64,000 bases of DNA from an uncultured Acetatifactor sp. (GCA_910580225.1 CAJTXE010000004.1:3821-67820); one strand, 5' to 3'; shown: positions 33,322 through 43,931, counted from the stretch's first letter. Numbers and translations: made by a program. Notes: a model not told the origin generated them from the letters alone.

Positions 33322-33350
33322 TTGCAATTCTTTCTATCTTTACATATAAT
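33322..33350 (+). promoter_or_regulatory. Sigma-A promoter for the ParB-like-BMP / phosphoesterase operon
   Basis: TTGCAA-17-TATAAT. Confidence 0.65.
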
Positions 33351-33521
33351 GATGTTGGGGTCAAACGGTATTTTGCCCCTGGTACCCTATAATAAGATTG
33401 CAATTTTGGACATAAGATAGCGTAAAAGGCATGTTTTGGAACCGTATTCGGTGAGCGGGTGAAGGAGGCATTTTCGGCCTGGGCCCGCGGCAGAGATTTT
33501 AGCGGGAGGATGTAACAAGTT

Positions 33522-35426
33522 ATGGCAAAAGAAGATTATATGAAAGCATTTAAATCCGGAAAAAAGGATTATCAGTTCAGGATGCTGCGTGGGGAAAAGC
33601 CCACGTTGCTGGTGCTGGACGATATTATGCCGGAGAAGGGCTCGTACCATGAGGTACCTCTTGGACTGGTTCAGGTGCCGATCGCACAGATTGTGGGTAC
33701 CAAGACTGTGGGCCGGAGCAGTTCCTTTGCGGGGAATTTCATGCCCATTCTGCGGGATGATACGGAGTTTGCCTCCAAGTGGATCAACCTGAGCGAGAGC
33801 CAGAAAGAGGAGGGAATCCGGGATCCCATCAAGGTATATGAATATATGAATAAATTCTATGTGGAGGAGGGCAATAAGCGGGTCAGCGTGATGAAATATT
33901 TCGGAGCGGTCTCCATTCCCGGCAATGTGACTCGTATTGTTCCGAAACGTACCGGGGATAGGGAAAACAGGATTTACTATGAATTTATGGATTTCTATCA
34001 GGCTGCGCCCATTAATTATATCTGGTTTTCCCAGGAGGGAAGCTTTGGAAAGCTTCAGGAGACTGTAGGAAAAGCGCCGGGGGAGATGTGGTCAGAAGAC
34101 GAACTGCTGAAGTTCAGCGCCCTTTATACACGGTTTACCAACGAGTATGAAGCAAAAGGGGGAAGCAAACTGAAAATTACCACAGGAGATGCCTTTCTTG
34201 CGTTTATTTCTCTCCACGGATACGATGAGGTGGACGAAAAAACAACCAATGAACTTCGGGATCTGATCGTGAAGAGCTGGGAAGAGTTCGAGCTCCTTCA
34301 GGAGGAGGAGGACATCGAGCTGAAGATGAAGCCCAGCAGTGAAAAGAAGTCCAAGCCGCTGCTGAGCATGCTGCTTCCTCTGAGTTCTCACAAGCTGAAG
34401 GCAGCGTTTATCTATGAGAAGACGCCGGGAACTTCGGCATGGACTTATGCCCATGAGCTGGGGAGACTGTATGTGGAACAGATTTTTGCAGATGAATTGA
34501 CCACGGTGAGCTATGAAAACGGCACAGAGGACAATGTAGATATTCTAATTCAGAAGGCCATCGAATCCGGCTGTAAGCTGATCTTTACCACCACGCCGCC
34601 GTTTGTTCAGGCCAGCGTGAAGGCGGCTATCGCAAATCCGGAGGTACGAATTCTGAACTGTTCATTGAATACTTCTCATCGTTATATTCGTACATATTAC
34701 TCGCGGATGCATGAGGCGAAGTTTTTGATGGGAGCCATTGCAGGCGCCATGGCGGAGAATAATAAACTGATGTATATTGCGGATTATCCTATTTTCGGTT
34801 CCATTGCCAATATCAATGCATTTGCACTGGGAGCGAAGATGATCAATCCCAGAGCCAAGGTTTATCTGGAATGGTCCACCAGAAAGGAGATTGACCTGGA
34901 CGAGAAAATCAGGGAGACCGGGGCAGCCTGTATCTCCGGGCGGGATATGGTGATTCCGGAGGAGGCCTCGCGGTTTTTCGGAATTTATCATATGGAAGGT
35001 GATCATCCCAGGAATCTGGCCATGCCGTTGTACCATTGGGGAAAATTCTATGAACAGCTTCTGAGGACCATATTGGGCGGGAACTGGAAGGACGACGATG
35101 CCCCTTCTACGAAAGCAATTAATTACTGGTGGGGGATGTCGGCAGGGGTGATTGATGTAGTATGTTCCAGACAGCTGCCCATCGGGACCAGGCGTCTGGT
35201 GGAACTGCTGAAGGGCACCATCAGTTCGGAGAAGCTCAATCCGTTTTCCGGGGTTTTATATTCCCAGACAGGAATTGTGCAGGAGGATCCGGAGCGGAGC
35301 CTGCATCCGGAGGAGATCATGACGATGGATTGGCTGGCCGAAAATGTCATCGGGTCCATTCCCACAAAGGAAGAATTGACAGAGAAGGCGGAACCTGTTA
35401 TCAAGCAGCAGGGGGTAAAGGGGTAA
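33522..35426 (+). CDS. Cytoplasmic fusion: N-terminal ParB/Srx-like domain + BMP (PnrA-like) ligand-binding domain
   Basis: PI-x-VY...FYV-x-EGNKRVSV ParB-like core; C-half W-x-x-AHELGR, IFTT, INAFALGAK-x-x-NP BMP motifs; no signal peptide or lipobox. Confidence 0.75.
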   Translation: MAKEDYMKAFKSGKKDYQFRMLRGEKPTLLVLDDIMPEKGSYHEVPLGLVQVPIAQIVGTKTVGRSSSFAGNFMPILRDDTEFASKWINLSESQKEEGIRDPIKVYEYMNKFYVEEGNKRVSVMKYFGAVSIPGNVTRIVPKRTGDRENRIYYEFMDFYQAAPINYIWFSQEGSFGKLQETVGKAPGEMWSEDELLKFSALYTRFTNEYEAKGGSKLKITTGDAFLAFISLHGYDEVDEKTTNELRDLIVKSWEEFELLQEEEDIELKMKPSSEKKSKPLLSMLLPLSSHKLKAAFIYEKTPGTSAWTYAHELGRLYVEQIFADELTTVSYENGTEDNVDILIQKAIESGCKLIFTTTPPFVQASVKAAIANPEVRILNCSLNTSHRYIRTYYSRMHEAKFLMGAIAGAMAENNKLMYIADYPIFGSIANINAFALGAKMINPRAKVYLEWSTRKEIDLDEKIRETGAACISGRDMVIPEEASRFFGIYHMEGDHPRNLAMPLYHWGKFYEQLLRTILGGNWKDDDAPSTKAINYWWGMSAGVIDVVCSRQLPIGTRRLVELLKGTISSEKLNPFSGVLYSQTGIVQEDPERSLHPEEIMTMDWLAENVIGSIPTKEELTEKAEPVIKQQGVKG

Positions 35427-35451
35427 AGTACCATAGAAGGAAAGGTTTTTT

Positions 35452-36072
35452 ATGAAGATAATGGTAATCGCGGACGAGGAGTCAAAATACCTGTGGGATT
35501 TTTTCGAGAGAAGTATGTTGGAAGGAATCGATTTGATTATTTCCTGCGGTGATCTGGATCCGCGATATCTTTCTTTTCTGGTGACCTTTGCCTCTGCACC
35601 GGTGCTGTATGTACATGGAAATCATGACAAGAAATACGAACAGATTCCGCCGGAAGGCTGTATCTGTATTGAAGATCAGATTTATGTATATGAAGGAGTA
35701 CGGATTTTGGGACTGGGCGGTTCCATGCGCTACAAGCCGGGACCCTATCAGTATACGGAAAAGGAAATGGCCAAACGAGTCAAAAAACTGCGGTTTAAGC
35801 TGCTCCGCAGAGGAGGCTTTGATATTCTGGTGGCTCATTCGCCGGCTTACCAGCTCAATGACGGTCGGGATTTGCCCCATCAGGGATTCAAAGTGTTTCG
35901 GACTTTGATGGAGAAGTATCATCCCAAATATTTCCTCCATGGGCATGTGCATATGTCCTATGGAAGACAGCACAAACGGTATGACAAATATCTGGACACC
36001 CATATTATCAACGCTTATGAGCGATGTGTGTTTGAGTTTGAGGATGAGAATCCTCAGGATCATATCCGCTGA
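35452..36072 (+). CDS. Metallophosphoesterase (calcineurin-like)
   Basis: IADE, SCGDL, VHGNHD, AHSP, HGHVH. Confidence 0.9.
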   Translation: MKIMVIADEESKYLWDFFERSMLEGIDLIISCGDLDPRYLSFLVTFASAPVLYVHGNHDKKYEQIPPEGCICIEDQIYVYEGVRILGLGGSMRYKPGPYQYTEKEMAKRVKKLRFKLLRRGGFDILVAHSPAYQLNDGRDLPHQGFKVFRTLMEKYHPKYFLHGHVHMSYGRQHKRYDKYLDTHIINAYERCVFEFEDENPQDHIR

Positions 36073-36228
36073 GGCAGGACATGCACGGCGCAGAACGGGC
36101 CTGCAGGGCAGAGAGGCTGCCGGAGGGTTGGCCGCTCAGGAAGCGGGGGAGCAGTTGCTGTAAAGCACATGGACGGAACGGAATCGAATTGCTGACAAAA
36201 GATGCAGAACGAAAGGAGAGGAAGCAAT

Positions 36229-37113
36229 ATGCGACTGATTACCACAACGGAAAAAACAGCCGAAATTTTCGGAGATGAGGAGAGCGTCCGCATTCTGGCG
36301 GAGGCAGGCTTTGATGCCATAGACTGGGGTTTTTTTGAGATGGCGGCCGGAAAGGGGATCTGGTGTACGGATGCCTGGGAAGAACATGCGCTGCATTTGA
36401 AGAAGCTGGGGGAGGAATACGGTATCGGTTTCGGTCAGGCCCATGCGCCTTTTCCTTCTTCTTATGGAAAGGAACCGGAAGACACCGTAGTCAGGGAGCG
36501 GATTCTCCGTTCGATGCACGCTGCAGCGATTATGGACGCACGAAACATCGTTGTACATCCCGTGCAGCATCGGACGTATGCAAAGGAAAAGCAGCGTCTG
36601 TGGGAGGAGAATCTGGAATTTTACCGGGGGCTGGTTCCTTACTGTGAGGAATACGGCATTCGTGTCTGTGCGGAAAATATGTGGCAGTATGACAATAAGC
36701 GCAGATATATTGTGGACAGCGTATGTTCCCAGCCGGAAGAATTCTGCGGCTTGTTGGATGCACTGGATTCTCCCTGGATCGTGGGCTGCCTGGATCTGGG
36801 ACATTGCGCGCTGGTGGGTGTGGAGCCGGAGGATTTTATCCGGGCCATGGGAAAGGACAGGCTGCAGGCACTTCATGTCCATGATGTGGATTATGTGCAC
36901 GACTGCCATACCATGCCGTTTACGAAAAACCTGAACTGGGAGGCGATTACCAGGGCGCTGGCGGAAATCGGGTATGAAGGAGACTTTACCTTTGAGGCGG
37001 ACAGCTTCTATGAGGGATTCCCGCCTGCGCTGGTACCGGATGCCTGCAAATTGATGGAGCGGACAGGACGATATCTGATGGGAAGGATCCGGGAGCAGGG
37101 AGCCGGCCGGTGA
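36229..37113 (+). CDS. Sugar phosphate isomerase/epimerase (xylose-isomerase-like TIM barrel)
   Basis: AENM, CLDLGH, LHVHD, H-x-x-P, GYEG-x-FTFE; AAAGGAG RBS. Confidence 0.85.
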   Translation: MRLITTTEKTAEIFGDEESVRILAEAGFDAIDWGFFEMAAGKGIWCTDAWEEHALHLKKLGEEYGIGFGQAHAPFPSSYGKEPEDTVVRERILRSMHAAAIMDARNIVVHPVQHRTYAKEKQRLWEENLEFYRGLVPYCEEYGIRVCAENMWQYDNKRRYIVDSVCSQPEEFCGLLDALDSPWIVGCLDLGHCALVGVEPEDFIRAMGKDRLQALHVHDVDYVHDCHTMPFTKNLNWEAITRALAEIGYEGDFTFEADSFYEGFPPALVPDACKLMERTGRYLMGRIREQGAGR

Positions 37114-37203
37114 GAGGGTAGAAACCAACAGGGCGCCGTTGTCTGGGGGGCGGCTGTGGGCAGCAATTTTCATTTGAGAAAGGATAGAAGGAAGTAGGAA
37201 TCT

Positions 37204-37788
37204 ATGCATAATACAATTTCAAGACCGGAAGCCCTGGAGCTTCTGAAAAAATACAACAAAGAGTCTTTTCATATCCAGCATGCGCTTACAGTGGAAGGTG
37301 TGATGCGGTATTTTGCCCGGGAGACGGGAAACGGAGAGGATGAGGAATACTGGGGCATGGTGGGCCTGCTTCATGACATTGATTTCGAGCTGTATCCCGA
37401 GGAGCATTGTGTGAAGGCGCCGGAACTCCTGCGGGAAGCAGGGATTTCGGAGGAGATGATTTACTCCGTCTGCAGCCATGGATATGGGCTGTGCAGTGAT
37501 CTGGAGCCCAGGCATCTGATGGAAAAGATACTGTTTGCCTGTGATGAACTCACTGGCCTCATCGGGGCTGCCGCCAGGATGAGACCATCCAGAAGTGTGA
37601 TGGACATGGAACTTGGAAGTCTGAAGAAGAAGTATAAGGACAAGAGATTTGCAGCCGGGTGCTCCCGGGAGGTGATTGCCTCCGGGGCGGAACGGCTCGG
37701 CTGGACTTTAGACGAGCTGTTGGAGAAAACGATCTCTGCCATGCGTGACTGCGAGGCGGCGGTGAATGCGGCGATGGCGGAGGAGTAA
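37204..37788 (+). CDS. HD-domain hydrolase (HDIG-like)
   Basis: HALTVE, GLLHDID, DELTGLI, KDKRFAAG. Confidence 0.88.
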   Translation: MHNTISRPEALELLKKYNKESFHIQHALTVEGVMRYFARETGNGEDEEYWGMVGLLHDIDFELYPEEHCVKAPELLREAGISEEMIYSVCSHGYGLCSDLEPRHLMEKILFACDELTGLIGAAARMRPSRSVMDMELGSLKKKYKDKRFAAGCSREVIASGAERLGWTLDELLEKTISAMRDCEAAVNAAMAEE

Positions 37789-37792
37789 AGCC

Positions 37793-38356
37793 ATGAATTT
37801 ATTCCGGGAAATTCAAGGGTACAAGCCTGTAAATGAGCAGGAGAGATGTGACAGAGAGCTGATGCTGTGTTTTATGGCGCAGAATTCGGATTATCTCAAC
37901 AGGGAGAACCGGATTGCTCATTTCAGCACATCCTTATGGACGGTAAACCGTGAATGCACCAAGACTTTGATGGTATATCATAATATTTATGACTCCTGGT
38001 CCTGGATCGGCGGTCATGCAGACGGGATAGAGGATTTATGCTCTGTGGCCATGAGAGAGCTGGAAGAGGAGACCGGAGTCACCAGCGGCGTCCTGATGAG
38101 CAGGGATATTTTCAGTCTGGAAATACTGACCGTTGACGGACATGTGAAAAGGGGACATTATGTGCCCAGTCATCTGCATATGAATGTGACTTATCTGGCA
38201 CAGGCTGACGAGACGGAGGCGCTGACCGTGAACCGGGAGGAAAACCAGGCGGTGAAATGGTGGACTCTGCAGGAGGCGCTGCAGGTACCCGGGGAACCAT
38301 GGATGGTGGAGCGGATCTATAAAAAACTGGTTGAAAAGTGCCGAAACTTTTTTTAG
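37793..38356 (+). CDS. NUDIX hydrolase
   Basis: Nudix box GGHADG...AMRELEEETG. Confidence 0.9.
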   Translation: MNLFREIQGYKPVNEQERCDRELMLCFMAQNSDYLNRENRIAHFSTSLWTVNRECTKTLMVYHNIYDSWSWIGGHADGIEDLCSVAMRELEEETGVTSGVLMSRDIFSLEILTVDGHVKRGHYVPSHLHMNVTYLAQADETEALTVNREENQAVKWWTLQEALQVPGEPWMVERIYKKLVEKCRNFF

Positions 38357-38428
38357 ATGAAATTTGTAAAGTGACTTTCAGAAGATGGAAAATCAGAGCG
38401 TGGGAAGAAGGAAAGGACAGGTACAGGT

Positions 38429-39175
38429 ATGGGAAAATACACTCTGGAAGTATGCGTGGACAGTGCAGAATCAGCGGAAGCGGCGGCAAAGGGAGGAGCG
38501 GACCGGGTAGAACTGTGCGCAAATCTGGTGATTGGAGGAACCACTCCCCCGGAGGCTCTGTTTGAAAAGATACGGAGCCTGACGGATATCAGAGTCAATG
38601 TACTGATCCGTCCCAGATACGGAGATTTTCTGTATACCGAGTATGAGTTTGACATGATTTCCCGCAGTGTGGCGCGTTTTCGGGAGATGGGGGCCAACGG
38701 CGTGGTGATCGGATGCCTGCTTCCTGACGGCTCTCTGGATATGGAGCGGATGAAACGACTTGTAGAACTGGCGGGACCTATGGATGTGACGCTGCACAGA
38801 GCCTTTGATATGTGCAGGGATGCTTATGAAGCACTGGACCAGGCTGCAGCGCTGGGGATTCGGACCATTCTGACTTCCGGCCAGAAGGAAAACAGCTGGG
38901 CCGGCAGGGAGCTGATTGCAGGCCTGGTAAAAGAAAGCGGCGGCAGGGTGGATATCATGGCAGGGGGCGGCGTGGACGCGGGAAAGATCCGGGAGCTGAT
39001 TCCGGCAACAGGAGCCGGGAGCTATCATATGTCCGGAAAAGTGGTTCTGGACAGCGGCATGGTATACCGCAGAGAGGAGGTCTCCATGGGGGTGCCCGGG
39101 ATGGGAGAATATGAAATCTTCCGCACTTCGGAGGCAAAGATCCGGGAGGCAAGAGAGGTATTGGATGAATATTAG
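38429..39175 (+). CDS. cutC: Copper homeostasis protein CutC
   Basis: LEVCVDS, GADRVELC, GGTTP, IRPR-x-GDF, TLHRAFD, ILTSG. Confidence 0.92.
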   Translation: MGKYTLEVCVDSAESAEAAAKGGADRVELCANLVIGGTTPPEALFEKIRSLTDIRVNVLIRPRYGDFLYTEYEFDMISRSVARFREMGANGVVIGCLLPDGSLDMERMKRLVELAGPMDVTLHRAFDMCRDAYEALDQAAALGIRTILTSGQKENSWAGRELIAGLVKESGGRVDIMAGGGVDAGKIRELIPATGAGSYHMSGKVVLDSGMVYRREEVSMGVPGMGEYEIFRTSEAKIREAREVLDEY

Positions 39176-39214
39176 GGTCGGTGGTCTTTTACAATAAATT
39201 GGAGATGAGAGAAG

Positions 39215-40504
39215 ATGGTAATTCAAACTTTAAATGAAGTCACTTGTGATGCGTTGACGGGACTCAGGGACTGGAAAACTTTTTTCATGGATGTGGAAAG
39301 AAAGATTGCCGGCGGCATTCGGGCGCATGTGATTTTTATCCAGCTGCTGCAGCTGAAGCGTGTGAACCGGAAGTATGGCGTCCAGGTGGGAGACGGGCTG
39401 TTGGAGGAGATGGGAGAATATCTGAAAAATCTGGAAGAGGGCTATATTGCCTACAGAACCAACAATTCCCGCTTTATGCTGTTGGGGCCGGAATGTCCGA
39501 AAGAGAAAGCAGACGAACTCCTCGGGCGGATCAGACAGCGGTTTGAGGATGTGTGGCTGGTAGAAACGGATGGGGAACGGCATGAGGTTCTGGCAAAAGC
39601 ATATTTCATTCATTTCTTTCTGGAGCCGAAGGAGACGGAAAATGATCTGCTGGAAAAGATCAACCATGCGGCTTCGGTATTCCGGCTTCGTGAGCGAAAG
39701 GGAATTTTGTTTTTTAACGAAGAATTGAATGCGGATATGCTGCATAACAGATATGTTATGGAAGAAGTCAGGTATGCCGTGGAGAACAAAACCTTCCAAA
39801 TCTATTATCAGCCCATTTATGACTGCGGCCAGGGCGGTTTTGTCTCGGCAGAGTCGCTGATACGGCTTTTTGGGCGGGACGGAACTTTTCTCTCTCCGGG
39901 AGAATTTATTCCCATGGCGGAGGAAAACGGACTGATTGACAGTATCAGCTGGATTGTACTGGAGAAAGTATGTCGGTTTCTGGGAGAACATCCCCAACTG
40001 CCCCTGAAGAATATTTCCATCAATATGACAGGGCAGCAGATCCTGGATCCCACGTTTATCGGGCGGATAGAGGGGAATCTGGATCAATATGGGGTAGACG
40101 GGAGCAGGCTCCGGATCGAGATTACGGAGAGGACCATCACGGAGGATTATGCGGAGGTGCGGAAGGTGATGGCCTATCTGGCAGGGAAAGGCATTCAGTT
40201 TTATCTGGATGATTTCGGCACGGGATATTCCAATCTGGCCAGTATGCTTTCTCTGCCCTTTGAGGCCATTAAATTTGACCAGTCCCTGATCAACATGATG
40301 AACGGAACGGATAAGGGGCTGCGTACCATCAGTCTGCTGGCAGATATTATGCATGAGAATGACTATTATATCGTAGCAGAAGGGGTGGAGACTGCGGAAC
40401 AGATGAAGCTCGCCAAAGAGCGCAGCCTGGATCGGATTCAGGGCTATTATTATGCAAAACCCATGCCGGGAGAAGATTTGGTTTCCTTTCTGGAGGCAGA
40501 TTGA
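39215..40504 (+). CDS. Degenerate-GGDEF + EAL c-di-GMP phosphodiesterase
   Basis: DALTGL with GGDEF replaced by NNSRF; intact EAL motifs YQPI, ESLIR, DDFGTGYS, AEGVET, QGYYY. Confidence 0.88.
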   Translation: MVIQTLNEVTCDALTGLRDWKTFFMDVERKIAGGIRAHVIFIQLLQLKRVNRKYGVQVGDGLLEEMGEYLKNLEEGYIAYRTNNSRFMLLGPECPKEKADELLGRIRQRFEDVWLVETDGERHEVLAKAYFIHFFLEPKETENDLLEKINHAASVFRLRERKGILFFNEELNADMLHNRYVMEEVRYAVENKTFQIYYQPIYDCGQGGFVSAESLIRLFGRDGTFLSPGEFIPMAEENGLIDSISWIVLEKVCRFLGEHPQLPLKNISINMTGQQILDPTFIGRIEGNLDQYGVDGSRLRIEITERTITEDYAEVRKVMAYLAGKGIQFYLDDFGTGYSNLASMLSLPFEAIKFDQSLINMMNGTDKGLRTISLLADIMHENDYYIVAEGVETAEQMKLAKERSLDRIQGYYYAKPMPGEDLVSFLEAD

Positions 40505-40574
40505 TTCCGTGGTTTGCATGGGGGTGGTTTTTACCGGTTTTCCAGGGAGATATGGAGGAGGTCCGATATATTTC

Positions 40575-40603
40575 TTGACAGCCACCGGCAAAAAAGATAT
40601 CAT
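40575..40603 (+). promoter_or_regulatory. Sigma-A promoter of hisS
   Basis: TTGACA-17-TATCAT. Confidence 0.65.
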
Positions 40604-40701
40604 GATAAGAATAAAGGTCCGGAAGACCGGGCATGGGGGAGTGTCCCCGGAGAAGGAAAACGGAGAGGAGGAGGTCGGATGAAAGCAATCCGACGGGAAG
40701 T

Positions 40702-41964
40702 ATGGCGCTTGGCAAGAAGCCTGTGACAGGCATGAGAGATATTCTGCCGGAGGAAATGCAGATACGTGATTACGTGATCGGCGTGATCAAGGAGACCTAC
40801 GGCAGATTCGGATTCACCTCCATAGAGACCCCCTGTATGGAGAATATTGCAAATCTGACGAATAAACAGGGGGGAGATAACGAAAAACTCATATTCAAGA
40901 TCCTGAAGCGAGGGGAGAAGCTGAAAATAGCAGAGGCCGCCGCGGAGGAGGAAGTGGTGGACTTCGGGATGCGCTATGACCTGACTGTGCCTCTGGTGCG
41001 GTATTATTCCAACAATGGGGCCCAGCTTCCCGCGCCCTTCAAGGCATTGCAGATCGGCAATGTGTGGCGGGCGGACAGGCCCCAGAGAGGACGTTTCCGC
41101 CAGTTTACCCAGTGCGATATCGATATTTTCGGAGAGGCTTCCAATCTGGCGGAAATCGAGCTGATTCTGGCCACCACTACCACCCTGGGAAAGCTGGGCT
41201 TTCAGGATTTTGAAATCCGCATCAATGACAGACAGCTTTTAAAGGCCATGGCTGCGGGCAGCGGTTTTTCGGAAAATGACTATGACGGTGTCTTTGTTAT
41301 CCTTGACAAGATGGACAAAATCGGCATGGACGGCGTGAGGGCAGAGCTTTTGGAAAAAGGCTTTGCAGAGGAGATCGTGGATAAATATCTGGAACTGTAC
41401 AGAGGGCTGGAACAGGCTGAAAACGGTCTGCAGTATGTGGCGGAGAAGCTGGGGGAGGAGCCGGTATCCGCGGTGACGGAAGGGCTGCGGGAGATCATCG
41501 ACAGCGTCAATGGAGCGAAGACGGCAGATTTCCGCATGGTGTTTGACCCTACGCTGGTACGGGGAATGTCCTATTATACGGGAACGATTTTCGAGATTGC
41601 CATACCCGGCTTCGGCGGCAGCTGCGGAGGCGGCGGCAGATACGATAAAATGGTGGGGAGATTCACAGGCAGAGACGTGCCGGCATGCGGTTTTTCCATC
41701 GGTTTTGAAAGAATTATCCTGCTCTTGACGGAGAGCGGGTTCCGGGTGCCGGATGCTCCGAAAAAGGTGGCCTATCTGGTGGAGAAGGGTGTGGAGGGTC
41801 AGGCTCTGTGTGATGTGATCGCCAAGGCCCAGGCTGCAAGAGAGGCAGGGGTGCAGGTGTTGGTGGCCCGGATGAACAAGAACAAGAAGTTCCAGAAGGA
41901 GCAGCTGACGGCGGAAGGATACGGAGAGTTCCTGGAGTTCTATAAGGAAGCGCTGAAAAATTGA
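40702..41964 (+). CDS. hisS: Histidine-tRNA ligase
   Basis: RYDLTVP, WRADRPQRGR-x-RQF-x-QCD, VRG-x-x-YYTG, GGGRYD. Confidence 0.96.
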   Translation: MALGKKPVTGMRDILPEEMQIRDYVIGVIKETYGRFGFTSIETPCMENIANLTNKQGGDNEKLIFKILKRGEKLKIAEAAAEEEVVDFGMRYDLTVPLVRYYSNNGAQLPAPFKALQIGNVWRADRPQRGRFRQFTQCDIDIFGEASNLAEIELILATTTTLGKLGFQDFEIRINDRQLLKAMAAGSGFSENDYDGVFVILDKMDKIGMDGVRAELLEKGFAEEIVDKYLELYRGLEQAENGLQYVAEKLGEEPVSAVTEGLREIIDSVNGAKTADFRMVFDPTLVRGMSYYTGTIFEIAIPGFGGSCGGGGRYDKMVGRFTGRDVPACGFSIGFERIILLLTESGFRVPDAPKKVAYLVEKGVEGQALCDVIAKAQAAREAGVQVLVARMNKNKKFQKEQLTAEGYGEFLEFYKEALKN

Positions 41965-42146
41965 TGAGGGCTTCTCGTCCTAAGGTTCCTGCGGGCCTTT
42001 GAGAAGAAGGAGGATGCCATTTGCTTTTACCAGCGCCATGGCTTTTGCAAAACCGAGTATTTTTATCTGTGGAAACGCTTTGGAGGAAAATAAGATAGAA
42101 TAAGAAGGTCCTGTAAGAGAAAAGGGACAGAAATTGAGGAAATAAC

Positions 42147-43928
42147 ATGGCAGAGTCAATGAAAGGATTAAAGAGAACACATCGCTGCGGAGAGCTTTCC
42201 GCGGCAAATATCGGAGAGAAAGTCACCGTCATGGGCTGGGTGCAGAAACAGCGCAACAAAGGCGGCATCATATTCGTGGATCTGCGGGACCGGGCAGGGA
42301 TTCTGCAGGTGATTTTTGAGGAGTCGGACTGCGGAACGGAGCATTTTGCCAAGGCCGAGAAGCTGCGCAGCGAATTTGTGGCTGCGGTGACCGGCAGAGT
42401 GGAGAAGCGGGCCGGGGCGGTGAACGAGAATCTGGCCACCGGGGAGATTGAGGTTCGGGCGGAGAGTCTGCGGATCCTGTCCGAGTCTGAGACGCCTCCG
42501 TTTCCCATCGAGGAGAATTCACGGACAAAGGAAGAGCTTCGTCTGAAACACCGTTATCTGGATCTGCGCAGGCCTGACTTACAGAGGAATCTGATGCTGC
42601 GCAGCAGGGTAACGTCAGCGGTTCATGCTTTCCTGAAGGAGGAAGGGTTTCTGGAGGTGGAGACCCCGATTTTAAACAAATCCACCCCGGAAGGGGCCAG
42701 GGACTATCTGGTGCCCAGCCGCATCCACCAGGGTTGCTTCTATGCCCTGCCCCAGTCTCCCCAGATCTTCAAGCAGCTGCTGATGTGCTCCGGGTACGAC
42801 AGATATTTCCAGATTGCCAGATGCTTCCGGGATGAGGACCTGCGGGCGGACAGGCAGCCGGAATTTACCCAGATTGACCTGGAGATGTCCTTTGTGGATC
42901 AGGAGGATGTGCTGGATGTGACCGAGCGTATGGTGGCAAAGGTTTGTAAAGAGACAGTGGGGGTGGAGGTACCCCTTCCCCTGAAGAGGATGACCTGGGA
43001 TGAGGCCATGAACCGCTTCGGCTCCGACAAGCCGGATACCCGTTTCGGTATGGAACTGACGGATGTGTCGGAAACGGTGAAGGGCTGTGGTTTCGGTGTG
43101 TTCACAGGGGCATTGGAGGCTGGCGGCAGCGTCCGGGGCATCAATGTGAAGGGTCAGGCGGAGATGCCCAGGAAGAAAATCGACGCTTTGGTGGAATTTG
43201 CCAGGGGCTACGGCGTAAAGGGTCTGGCTTATCTGGCAGTGCTGCCGGACGGGAGCTTCAAGTCCTCCTTTGCCAAATTCATGACAGAGGAAGAATTAAG
43301 CAGCCTGGTGGCCGCCATGGCCGGAGAGCCGGGAGACCTGCTTCTCTTTGCGGCGGATAAGCTGAAACTGGTGTGGTCCGTACTGGGAGCCCTGCGGGTG
43401 GAACTGGCCAGGCAGCTGGAGATGCTGGATCCCAACCAGTACAATTTCCTCTGGGTGACGGAGTTCCCGCAGTTCGAGTGGAGCGACGAGGAGGAGCGGT
43501 TTGTAGCCATGCACCATCCTTTCACCATGCCCATGGAGGAGGATCTGGAGATTCTGGAGTCAGATCCCGGAAAGGTGCGGGCAAAGGCATATGATATTGT
43601 GGTCAACGGTATGGAGCTTGGAGGCGGCAGCGAGAGGATTTACCAGGATGAGATTCAGGAGAGGATGTTCCGGGCGCTGGGCTTTACCACGGAGAAGGCC
43701 TATGAGCAGTTCGGATTCCTGATGGATGCTTTTAAATACGGAGTTCCGCCTCACGCAGGACTGGCCATCGGACTGGAGCGTTTCGTGATGCTGCTGGCCC
43801 AGACGGACAATATCCGGGACGTGATCGCGTTCCCCAAGATCAAGGACGCCTCCTGTCTCATGTCCGAGGCGCCGGGAGCAGTGGATCCGAAACAGTTGGA
43901 GGAGCTGCACCTGCAGGTGACGGAGTAG
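42147..43928 (+). CDS. aspS: Aspartate-tRNA ligase
   Basis: RTH-x-CGEL, TPEGARDYLVP, FRDEDLRADRQPEFTQ, HHPFT, PPHAG, IRDVIAFPK. Confidence 0.97.
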   Translation: MAESMKGLKRTHRCGELSAANIGEKVTVMGWVQKQRNKGGIIFVDLRDRAGILQVIFEESDCGTEHFAKAEKLRSEFVAAVTGRVEKRAGAVNENLATGEIEVRAESLRILSESETPPFPIEENSRTKEELRLKHRYLDLRRPDLQRNLMLRSRVTSAVHAFLKEEGFLEVETPILNKSTPEGARDYLVPSRIHQGCFYALPQSPQIFKQLLMCSGYDRYFQIARCFRDEDLRADRQPEFTQIDLEMSFVDQEDVLDVTERMVAKVCKETVGVEVPLPLKRMTWDEAMNRFGSDKPDTRFGMELTDVSETVKGCGFGVFTGALEAGGSVRGINVKGQAEMPRKKIDALVEFARGYGVKGLAYLAVLPDGSFKSSFAKFMTEEELSSLVAAMAGEPGDLLLFAADKLKLVWSVLGALRVELARQLEMLDPNQYNFLWVTEFPQFEWSDEEERFVAMHHPFTMPMEEDLEILESDPGKVRAKAYDIVVNGMELGGGSERIYQDEIQERMFRALGFTTEKAYEQFGFLMDAFKYGVPPHAGLAIGLERFVMLLAQTDNIRDVIAFPKIKDASCLMSEAPGAVDPKQLEELHLQVTE

Positions 43929-43931
43929 GCG

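Noticed and set aside
33351..33521. Riboswitch in the ~165-nt leader of the ParB-like-BMP gene
   Set aside because: A small hairpin is present but I could not match purine, c-di-GMP or c-di-AMP aptamer consensus; an Infernal/Rfam scan would be needed
38429..39175. cutC as choline TMA-lyase
   Set aside because: This is the 248-aa copper-homeostasis TIM-barrel CutC, not the large glycyl radical enzyme
39215..39700. Active diguanylate cyclase
   Set aside because: The GGDEF signature is replaced by NNSRF; only the EAL domain looks intact
40505..40701. T-box leader upstream of hisS
   Set aside because: The promoter leaves only ~90 nt of leader, with no T-box consensus or terminator
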